Shown here one piece after another: positions 1-8,829 of a stretch of 64,000 nt of DNA. Location: the NCBI GenBank assembly GCA_025558095.1, contig JAIVFI010000017.1:1-64000 (forward strand). Direction: 5' to 3'. The notes under the pieces are model-generated. The model worked only from the letters and a program-made list of their open reading frames with translations, did not search any database and had not been told where the DNA came from. The stretch comes from Hyaloraphidium curvatum SAG 235-1 (taxonomy: Eukaryota > Fungi > Monoblepharomycota). The position numbers were made by a program, and so were the translations under genes. Positions within the stretch are counted from its first letter, which is position 1. Every line of letters starts with the position of its first letter.

Positions 1-1095
1 CCTCGCTCCTCTGCACCCCCGCGTGCTGCGTCGTGTCCCTCACCGCGCCCGCCTGCTCGCGGTAGCGGCGCTCGTCCTCGGCCGACCTGCCCGCCGAGGT
101 CTCGCGGACCTGCGTCTCGAGCTGCTGGCGGGCAACCTGGGTGGGCGCGACGACGTGCTCCTGGATCGGCTGAACGCTGCATGGCGGCGGTGGGGATGAG
201 CGGGGGAGGGCGGAAACGGGGTGCGATCAGCGGCGATCGCGGGGCGGCGCCGGCGATGCGAGGCGTACACCTGCTGGATCTCGGGGCGGATGACCTCGCG
301 CTCGACCTCGGGGCGGATCCTGACTTCCTCCCTGTCGGAGTGCACGGACACATCAGCAGCGCACGGAGCTGATGCGCGGGCCCGCACGCCGACCTCTCGC
401 GGATCTCCTCGTGCACGACCGGCGCGCGGACGCGGGTCCTGATTTCCTCGTCCTGCGGGTTACGGAGAAGCCGGAGAATCCTCAAATCAGCCCTGGATCG
501 ACCGATTCGAGCCACGCGGACCCACGGTGTCGACGGCGGTGCGCGACGTGGCGGTCGTCGACGTCTGCCCCAGCACGCCCGCGGTCCCGGTCTGCCCCGT
601 CATGCCCTGCCTGCCGATGCCCTGCTGCCCGGTGATGCCCTGCCCCATGGTCTCGCGTCCGGTGGTCTGCCGGCGCGGCGGAGGTCAGCGGTGCCGAAAG
701 CCCCCGAGGCGTCTGCGCCCACCGAGGTTCCCTGGCCCGCGATGCCTTGTCCCGCGATGCCTTGTCCCGCGATGCCCTGCCCGCCCGTGATGCCCTGCGA
801 GCCCGCGATGCCCTGTCCAGCGGTGGAGGGCTGTCCGGTCTGCGGGGGAAGGTCGGGTAAGCTCCGCCGCCGCGTCGCGTTCCGTGGCTTTCCGCCCACC
901 AGGCCGGTGCCGGTCGTGCCCGTCCCGGCGGCGCGGTTGTCCTGAGGAAGGCGGGGTCAGCTCAGCCGGGGGAGGGAAGTCGCGGCAGCCCACGTAGGTC
1001 GAGGCGGTGGTGCCGGTGCCGGTGGTCACCTCGCCGGCGGCGGGGTCCTTGTGGCCGGGCAGGACGGACTTGATGGCGTCGGCGGCGCGCTGCAT
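1..1095 (-). CDS. Multi-exon hydrophilic, stress/'allergen'-like fungal protein; 3' end runs off the window
   Basis: ATG at 1095 (MQRAADAIKSVLPGHKD). At least six GT..AG introns join Gly/Thr/Gln-rich GQGIAG repeats to DEEIRTRVRAPVVHEEIRER-EEVRIRPEVEREVIRPEIQQVVQPIQEHVVAPTQV, which resembles the VHE..RE V..VQPI motif of fungal allergen-like hydrophilins. Confidence 0.6.
731..818 (-). repeat. 15-18 bp coding tandem repeat (GQGIAG units)
   Basis: gatgccttgtcccgc and variants repeated about 5 times. Confidence 0.8.
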
Positions 1096-1320
1096 GGTGT
1101 CGTTAGGGGAAAGCGGGGGCAAGTCGGTGTGTGGTGAGCGGTAGGTTCGTTGTTTGCGGTTGCGTTTGCGCAGGCGAGCGGTGACGGTGCGCTGTCGACA
1201 AGCGCTGACGTGGCCTCAGGGCTTCGAGGACCCCGCGCACCATCACCGCACCAATTCACCCGCACCTCGCGAACTCAGGCCAACCAGCGCTCGCCCGCAC
1301 CGCCAACCGCAGACGGAAAC

Positions 1321-1993
1321 ATGAAGTTCGCCGCCAAGGTCGCCCTCTTCGCCCTCGCGGCCGCACTGCTCGCCGCGCTCGCCGACGCCGCCCACCCCGG
1401 CGACGGCAAGAGCGTCAACTTCCCCACCGGCACGTGGACCGCCGCCGACGGCAGCACCGGCCCCGCATCAGCCGTGTTCTACCCCAAGAAGTTCCAGTCG
1501 CGCGGCCAGGAGCTCGTCGTGCGCACCGCCTCGCCGCCGCCGCGACACGTCATCCCCTAACTGAACGCCTCGCCCCCCCAGCTCTTCGGCGACATGACCT
1601 TCGACCTCCCCGGCGCCCCCGTGCGCGGTACTCGCGTCAAGCGTCAGCTCACGCAGCCCGTCGCCGTGCCCGCGGCGGTGACGCAGCCTGGCGAAGCATG
1701 CGACATACTCAACCTTGATCTCGGTCCGCTCGACCTCAACCTGCTCGGCCTGCGTGTACGGAAAGCTCGCTTGGATGCAGCACTCCGATTCGAACTCATT
1801 CCTCGTCCCGCGGTTGCAGATCCAGCTCTCCGAGATCAACCTCGACATCACCGCCGTCCCCGGCCCCGGCAACCTCCTCGGCAACCTCCTCTGCGCCGTC
1901 GCCGGCCTCCTCGACAACACCGGCACCGGCGGCGTCCTGCAGCAGATCACCGGCCTGCTCAACCAGATTCTCGGCCTCCTCGGGACCCTCTGA
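1321..1993 (+). CDS. Secreted protein with a bacterial-type CxILNLDLGPLDLNLLGL...GNLLGNLLCAVAGLL domain; 2 introns
   Basis: Signal peptide MKFAAKVALFALAAALLAALADA. Three ORF pieces are joined by introns at about 1519-1581 and 1756-1818. Stop TGA at 1991-1993. Confidence 0.8.
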
Positions 1994-2841
1994 TCGCAGA
2001 TCGGGAGGGGGAAGGGGCGCCGCGGGTGCGCCCCGTCATCTTGGATGCTTGGAATGTCGAAGAGGAAGACGTCTTTTGCAGAAAAGGATCTTTGCTTTGT
2101 ACTTCGTCGTTCAAAAAGCGCGTCGACGCACGTTCTGCCGCCGGACGCCGCACCGAGCGGTCCGATCGTCTCGGAGGGCGCAGGTCCGCCGTCGTTTTCA
2201 AAGCAAAGACCTTCTTCTGTCCGCCGAAGATGACAGTTTGGGCACGCCGTGCTTCCACTCTCGACCATGGAACTTCGAAGTCCCTCGTCTCGTCGGGCTC
2301 TCGAGCAGGCTCGGGCGAAGGCGTCACAGCTTCCTCCCGACGGGCCGCACAGGGTGCCCGTGTATCTCTTCCCGAAGCGACAAAAGATGTCGTGCGAAGT
2401 CTCTTCAGTCGCAACCTGGATTCCGCGTGACGCGCAGAAGCAGTCGGAGACGTGAAGCGGGACGCGCCCCGTTGTTTACTCACCGGTCGCGCTGACGCCA
2501 CTCAGATCCTACGCAGCATGCCGGGGCCCGATCGAATTCTTGGAATCCAGTTGCCGGATGTCCCTGAACGGGTTTACCCTGGCAGCGCTCCTGCGGAACG
2601 TCGCGCGGCCACTACACCGCTTCTTGGTTCTTGCACAATCGGAGATGGAGTCCTTCTTGTGCTTGCGAACATTATCATCGGGTGAGGGGGATTGTAGGTG
2701 GTCTCGTACTAGATTGGCGATATGCACTCTTCGAGAGAGCATCTCTGCGTGCTGCCAGCGATCCGCGTCCCGGTGCCCCCATTTTGCCACCGACGCGATC
2801 CCGCTGACCCGCCCCGAACCTCCGTTGCCGCCTCCAGCGCC

Positions 2842-3666
2842 ATGTTTTCGGGCCGCCCCACGTGCACCGCGACCGTCACCTCGGTCTCCGAATCCGACTC
2901 CGGCACCGCGGTCGCGCTCTCGGGCCTCGCATCGCCCCCGCGCGCCGGCGACGCGGTGCTCCTCGCCGGGATCGCGGGGACCGTCTCGGCGGCGGCGGGC
3001 GGCACCACCGTCGAGATCCCCGCCTCGGAGCACTCGCTCGCGGGTGTTCTGCGCGCCGGGGCCAATGTGAACGTCGAGGTCGGCGGCGGCGCGGGATGGC
3101 ACCTCGTGCGCGGGCGGCCCGACGCGGTGTGCCGCGTGGCGGACGTGCTGGACGCCGGCAAGGGGTTCAAAATCGCCGTCTTGTCTCTGCCCGCCGAGAA
3201 GCACGCCCGCGGGGGGAAGCACGGCAAGCATTCGGGGGACCTGCGGGCCGAGCTGCAGCCCGGGGCGTACGTCGCCGTCGACGGCGTCGCGCTGTGCGCC
3301 ATCTCCGCGGACCACGAGGCCGGGACCGTCGCCGTTGCGCTGTCGCCCGAGACGTGCCACGGTACCACCCTGGGGAAGCTGGAGAAGGGCGGGGAGGTCG
3401 CGCTCGAGTGCGACGCGGTGGCAAGGCACGTGAGGGAGGAGCTGTCCGCCCCATCCGAAGAGGAAGGCGGCGACGCGAGGGACAAGGAGGGCAAGAGCGG
3501 GGCGAAAGAGAAGAAGGTGCAGGCTACGGCGCTGGAGAAGCTCGCGAGGGACCTGGTCAAGGGGAGCGCGTCGGCCGCCGAGGGCGTGGTCGCGGCGATC
3601 GCCGTCAAGATGGTCAAGAAGCTGGTGCAGTCCGGGCTGCAGGAGGCGCTCAAGGGGAAGCTGTGA
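2842..3666 (+). CDS. Riboflavin synthase (alpha)/lumazine-protein-fold protein, probably non-catalytic
   Basis: Starts MFSG (cf. MFTG). Two barrels: ..GANVNVE..WHLVRG.. and GAYVAVDGVAL..VALSPETCHGTTLGKLEKGGEVALECD. Intronless. Confidence 0.8.
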   Translation: MFSGRPTCTATVTSVSESDSGTAVALSGLASPPRAGDAVLLAGIAGTVSAAAGGTTVEIPASEHSLAGVLRAGANVNVEVGGGAGWHLVRGRPDAVCRVADVLDAGKGFKIAVLSLPAEKHARGGKHGKHSGDLRAELQPGAYVAVDGVALCAISADHEAGTVAVALSPETCHGTTLGKLEKGGEVALECDAVARHVREELSAPSEEEGGDARDKEGKSGAKEKKVQATALEKLARDLVKGSASAAEGVVAAIAVKMVKKLVQSGLQEALKGKL

Positions 3667-3809
3667 AGGGTGGGGAGGAGAGCGATCGGACGGAGGCGTG
3701 CCATCGGGTGGACGGAAGCGCATCGACCGACGGGAGGTGCCAGAGCAAACGATCCTTGAATTTCGCTGTACAAGACGCTTGGTCTCCACCTCCTGCTCCT
3801 CCTGGCCAC

Positions 3810-4922
3810 CTACGCGCAGTAGCTCCCGTTGACCGCCGACCCGTCCGCCCTCGTCTGGCTCGGCACCGGGCAGCTCACCCCGTCCGGGCTCGCGTACGAA
3901 ACGATCGCGTACCCCGCGTTACCCCCGTGGATCGGTCCGTCGTTCTGCGGGTCCTTGGTCCCGAACCCCCCGGCGCCGGCGCCGTAGGGCGGCACCGCGA
4001 CGCCGGTGGGAACGAACGCGCAGGCGCCTTGGCCGCCGGTGTTCCACCCGTACGAGAAGTTGGGCTCGCCGGGGGCGCCGTCGGTGCGCGCGGCGCCGCC
4101 CTTGCCGCCGTTGGTGCCGCCGGTGCCGCCCCACGGGTAGGGCTGGCCAGAGGTCATGTAGTAGTATAGGGGCTGGGGCGGGGAGCCGCCGCCGCTGCCG
4201 AACCCGCCGCCGTTGCCGGCCTTGCACGACGTCTGCGAGCCTTGGGCGCCCTGGCCGCCCGCGCCGCCGGGGCCGGCGGGGTAGTGGTTCGGCGGGTCCT
4301 CGCCCTGCCCGCCGTTCCACTGCGTACCGGGCTGGCCGTGTCCCCCGTGCGCGCCGCCGATCCGCGGGCCGGCGCTCTCCCCGCCCGCGCCGCCCGAATC
4401 CTTGTCCGCCGCGCCTCCCCCTCCCCCGTAGGCACCGGCGCCCCCACCCCCCCCGCCGGCGTAGCACGTCAGCGCCTTGTTGGGGTCTTGGTCCTTGCCC
4501 GACGCGGTGCACTGCACGTTGCCCGCGCCGCCGCCGCCGCCCACGGTCACGGTGATCGGGGTGCCGGGGGGCAGCGTGATCCCGGTGTAGCTTCTGTAGG
4601 CGCCGTCGGTGCCGGACCAGCCGACCGAGGGGTCGGTCGACTGGATGCCGCCGTGGCCGCCGGCGGCGTAGAGGTGCGTCGAGCCAAAGTCGAGGGCCGT
4701 GGAGCCGCCGCCGCCTCCGCGTCCGTTGGTCGACGAGCCGCCGCCGCCGCCGCCGACAAGCACGACGTCGACGGCGAGGGAGTTGTTGAGCGTGAAGGTC
4801 AGCTGCGTGGCGATGTTGGCGAAGCAGACGAGCGTCGGCTGCGAGATGGGCACGGCGGCGGAGAGGGGCAGCGCCGCGAGGAGCGCCGCGAGGGCGGCGC
4901 GGGTCTTGCGCGTGGGTGACAT
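3810..4922 (-). CDS. Secreted glycine-rich (polyglycine-II type) protein, paralogue A
   Basis: Signal peptide; VVLVGGGGGGS, LYAAGGHGG and ITVTVGGGGGAG motifs; C-terminus YASPDGVSCPVPSQTR..GSYC. Confidence 0.85.
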   Translation of the reverse strand: MSPTRKTRAALAALLAALPLSAAVPISQPTLVCFANIATQLTFTLNNSLAVDVVLVGGGGGGSSTNGRGGGGGSTALDFGSTHLYAAGGHGGIQSTDPSVGWSGTDGAYRSYTGITLPPGTPITVTVGGGGGAGNVQCTASGKDQDPNKALTCYAGGGGGGAGAYGGGGGAADKDSGGAGGESAGPRIGGAHGGHGQPGTQWNGGQGEDPPNHYPAGPGGAGGQGAQGSQTSCKAGNGGGFGSGGGSPPQPLYYYMTSGQPYPWGGTGGTNGGKGGAARTDGAPGEPNFSYGWNTGGQGACAFVPTGVAVPPYGAGAGGFGTKDPQNDGPIHGGNAGYAIVSYASPDGVSCPVPSQTRADGSAVNGSYCA

Positions 4923-5234
4923 TCGGGGTGCTCCGGGGTGTGCCGGTCGCGGGAGGGAACGAATAGTCGAGTTTGAAGTGTCTTTGCCGTCGGTGCCCTT
5001 ATCGCTTCAACCTCCCCGCTTTTGAATCGCGTAAATGCCGTGCGGGCCATTGGGGGACGGGGCTCGGTTCCAAGGAAGGTCGGCTGTGCGGCTCCGCCAC
5101 CTGCCGCGTCCCCCACAGGTTCTTGCGCGGTTCTCGCGCGGGCATTCTGGCGATTCAAAATCCGTCTGCACCGCCAAAATGTCCGGCATCGGTAGCCTCA
5201 TCGTCGACCTCGAACGACAGTACCCAGACGCGCT

Positions 5235-6428
5235 ATGCGCTTCCCCCGCGACGTCTCCCTCCCGGCCCTCGCGGCCCTCGCCTGCCTCTCCCTCGCCCCC
5301 CTCCCCGCCTCCTCGGCCCCACTCGGCGCACGCCAGCAGCAGTCCTCGCAGCTCCTCTGCGTCGCCAACATCGCCACCCAGGTCACCTTCACCCTCGACG
5401 CACCGCTGGTCGTCAGCGCGACGCTCGTGGGAGGCGGCGGCGGCGGCTCGGGGTACAACGGCCGCGGGGGCGGCGGCGGGTCCACCGCGATCGATTTCGG
5501 GACCACCCACCTGTACGCTGCGGGGGGGCACGGCGGCTACTCGGCCAGCGACAAGCGCAACGACTGGAACGGCTACCCGGGCGAGACGGTACACCAGACC
5601 GGACTGCAACTGCCCGCGGGCGTCAACATCACCGTCACCGTCGGGGGCGGCGGCGGGGCCGGCAACGACTTTTGCACAGGGACCAAGGGGTACCCGTGCC
5701 CGATGGGGGGCGGCGGGGGCGGCGCGGGGGCCTACGGCGGAGGAGGGGGCGCCGGCAAGGGCGGTTCGGACTCGGGCGGCGCCGGGGGTGAGAGCGCCGG
5801 TCCCAAGAAGGGCGGCTCCCACGGCGGCCACGGCGACCCCGGGGTGCAGTGGGCCGGAGGCAAGGGCGAGAACACGGGCTCCAAGAACTGCGACCAGTCG
5901 CTCGACAAGGACGGGCACAACCAGGCGTCGAACTGCGGCGGCGACGGCGGCTCCTTCTTCCTCGGCTCGCAGCTGGCCGACACAGCCGGCTCGGGCGGGG
6001 GCTTCGGCTCGGGAGGCGGCAGCTCGGCGCGGCAGTACGTCTACGGCAACGACCCCTGGGACACGTCCTACTACCCCTACGGAGGGGTTGGGGGCAGCAA
6101 CGGCTCGAATGGCGGCCCCGCCCGCACCGGCGCCTCCAACTCTGCCGGCTACGCCACCGGCCCCGACCTTTCTGGCAAGGGTGCTTGCTCGTTCCCCCCC
6201 GGCCTCTCGGGGGCGGTCCCCTCGGCCGCGGGCCAGGGCGGGAGGGGGACGGATCCCGAGATCGGCGCGCTGGGCGGCGTCGGGGAGAACCCCGGGCACG
6301 GCACCGTCAGCGCGGGGAACGCGGGGTACGCGACCATCGCGTATGCGAGCCCGGACGGGGTGAGCTGCCCGGTGCCGAGCCAGACGCGGGACGACGGGTC
6401 GGCGGTGGACGGGAGCTACTGCGTGTAG
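5235..6428 (+). CDS. Secreted glycine-rich (polyglycine-II type) protein, paralogue B
   Basis: Same motifs and a near-identical C-terminus to 3810-4922; divergently oriented. Confidence 0.85.
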   Translation: MRFPRDVSLPALAALACLSLAPLPASSAPLGARQQQSSQLLCVANIATQVTFTLDAPLVVSATLVGGGGGGSGYNGRGGGGGSTAIDFGTTHLYAAGGHGGYSASDKRNDWNGYPGETVHQTGLQLPAGVNITVTVGGGGGAGNDFCTGTKGYPCPMGGGGGGAGAYGGGGGAGKGGSDSGGAGGESAGPKKGGSHGGHGDPGVQWAGGKGENTGSKNCDQSLDKDGHNQASNCGGDGGSFFLGSQLADTAGSGGGFGSGGGSSARQYVYGNDPWDTSYYPYGGVGGSNGSNGGPARTGASNSAGYATGPDLSGKGACSFPPGLSGAVPSAAGQGGRGTDPEIGALGGVGENPGHGTVSAGNAGYATIAYASPDGVSCPVPSQTRDDGSAVDGSYCV

Positions 6429-7267
6429 GGTGAACGAGTGTGTGGATCTTCTTACATCCAATGTCTTCCTTTCGTTATGGTTGCCTTCTGCATTCCTCCC
6501 TGGCCCCTCTATGGGGAGTCCGCACGCTTTGGCTCCCGCTGTTGAATGGTGGTGTTTGGAAGCGCGGACGTCAATACGTCGAGTCCAGCTGCCTGTGATC
6601 CCGCTGCGGGCCTCTCGCATTCCTCTGCACACCCCCAGCACGGGCCTGCACACGCACTGCACCGTCACCGCGACCCCCGTGGCCCGGAGCACCGTCCGCC
6701 TACGAAACACTTGGCGACACCCGTCCTCTTCGTGCCTCGTACCCTCGTCCACCAGCTCCCGGCTGCCGCCCGACCCTCCGCCCTATTCCGCGCCGCCCGC
6801 GGGCGCGCAGGTTCCCCTGTGGGCAGGGCGTGCGCGGGCTTCCGGACGGCACGTCCCCGAGGGATCGGCGGCTTCTTTCCAAGGTGACGATGGAGTTCCG
6901 GAGCAAATCCACGCGTCCGTTGCCGGGGCTGGAAGCGGGACCGCCGGCCGGCACCGTCTGCGGTCGGGCCTTATCTGCGGACGAGCGGACGAGGCCGGGA
7001 CCGGTCCCTTGCCACTGCGCAGCTTCGAAGCTTCGAAACGGGCCGGGGCCGGGGCGGCGGGGCGCCGCATCGCCCCAACAGGGAGGTCCAGAGCCGCTTT
7101 GTTCGCCTCTCGTGCACCTGCACTGATCTGCCGACGCGCGGTCCGCTCGGGATCGCGGGGATGCTGTGTGGAGGCCTAGGGACCATCAGCTCACCAGCCC
7201 TTCCCACCCCCTTCCGTCATCGTCCGTCCCTCGTCATCGCCGCGCGCCGTTTCCCCCCGCTCCCACG

Positions 7268-8287
7268 ATGGCCGCGCCCGCCTCCCCCGACGGCAGCCAG
7301 CCCGACTTTTTCGTGCCGCCGCGCATGCCGCTCGGCGAGGTCGTGGGGGCCGCCGACGGCCGGGTGCCCGGCTCGGGCCTCGCGTCGCCGCCGGCGACCC
7401 CCGCGCCCATGTCGCCCGAAGCGGACCCCGAGCCCGAGAGTTTCGACATCGGGCGCATTTCCCCGGACGTGCTGATCGTTGCCGGCCGCCGCGGCGGCGC
7501 CCGCGCGAGCTTCCGGGTGCACAGCCAGGTCGCCGCGGCCGCCTCAGACTTCCTGGGCGGGCTGCTGGCCGGCGGCGCCCACCGCGTCGAGGTCGACGCC
7601 GACCCCGCGGCCTTCCGGCTGCTGCTGCGGTGGGCGTACCACGACGCCGAGCTCGTCGTCGAGCACCTCCCCGCCGACCGGCTCGGCGGCCTGCTGCACC
7701 TCGCCGAACGCCTCGGCGCGCCCGCGCTGCACGCGCAGATCGCCCGCGCGATCGACGCCGCCGTCGACGCCGCGCTGGCCGCCGCCCGCCCGCCCGACGG
7801 CTTCTGGGCGCTGTACCTGCTCGCCGTCGAGCACGGCCTCGAGCGGCCCGCGTTCCGCGCAGGCCCGCTGCTGGCGGCGCAGGACCGCGCGACGTTCGAG
7901 CGCGTCCTGGGCCGCGTGGAGATGCTGGACCCCGCCGTGGCGTCGCTGCTCGAGCGCGACCGCAGGCGCATGCTGGAGCGCCGCGTCGAGGTGCTGGAGA
8001 AGCGCCACGCGCTCGCGCTCGAGTTTGGCGGCGCCGCGGACGACAGCGTGCACTACTTCCTCGAGACCGCGGACGACGAGGAGCTGATGCGGCACGGGGC
8101 GAGCGTGCTGCGGTCCGCCGCCCCGGCGCAGTGGGCCATCCACGCGCCCGGGATCGGCCACGGGCAGCCGGTCACGCACGCCCACGGGGGTAGCACGGGC
8201 AGCCTGCGGGGGGATGGGCCGCACGGGAGGTCGGAGAGGCAGCGCACCGTGTCTTTCGCGCTGCCGGAGGAGGGGCACGGAATCTGA
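7268..8287 (+). CDS. BTB/POZ-domain protein
   Basis: PDVLIVAG..FRVHSQVAAAASDFLGGLL..VEVDADPAAFRLLLRWAY..LLHLAERL is a BTB pattern. Confidence 0.8.
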   Translation: MAAPASPDGSQPDFFVPPRMPLGEVVGAADGRVPGSGLASPPATPAPMSPEADPEPESFDIGRISPDVLIVAGRRGGARASFRVHSQVAAAASDFLGGLLAGGAHRVEVDADPAAFRLLLRWAYHDAELVVEHLPADRLGGLLHLAERLGAPALHAQIARAIDAAVDAALAAARPPDGFWALYLLAVEHGLERPAFRAGPLLAAQDRATFERVLGRVEMLDPAVASLLERDRRRMLERRVEVLEKRHALALEFGGAADDSVHYFLETADDEELMRHGASVLRSAAPAQWAIHAPGIGHGQPVTHAHGGSTGSLRGDGPHGRSERQRTVSFALPEEGHGI

Positions 8288-8829
8288 TGATCTGCGGGGA
8301 TGCTGGGGTGGGGCGGCGGTTGACTGCGGGACGGTCTTGCCGGGCAGGCGGAGAGAGATTGTTATGTAGGCCTCGTTGGAAAGCGGTTGATGATGTAGAG
8401 CTCGTTGATTTCGAGCTGTTGGACCTTCCTGACTGTTCCGTGCCTTGGCCTGTGATCCGAGTTCCAAGGCGCTGTGATTTGAGCTTTAAGGTGTCTGACC
8501 GCGGCGCAGCCCGTGGTGTCGGGGCCGATGCCGCCGCTTCCGCACGTCGGGGCCGTTACTGCGCGCCCATGTAGCGCCGGTACAGGTTGGCCCGAGCGTT
8601 CACGGCGGATGCAGGCGACCTTGTTGGGGGTGCGTACCCAGCGATGTCTGGACGCGACCGCGGTCCGCGGGAGCTTATTTCGGACGGGCCTCGAAGGACC
8701 GGGATGATCTGGATCGGATGCGTCAGCTAGGCGTCACCGCCTGCACACCGGATTCGGTTCCAATCCTCCATTGATCCAGCGAAAGATTCGTACATCGTTC
8801 TGCCCTTCCCGAGTCCATGCGCCCGGCCA

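Noticed and set aside
3810-6428. Mycobacterial PE-PGRS genes or bacterial contamination
   Set aside because: No PE domain, eukaryotic signal peptides, and the window is dominated by intron-containing genes.
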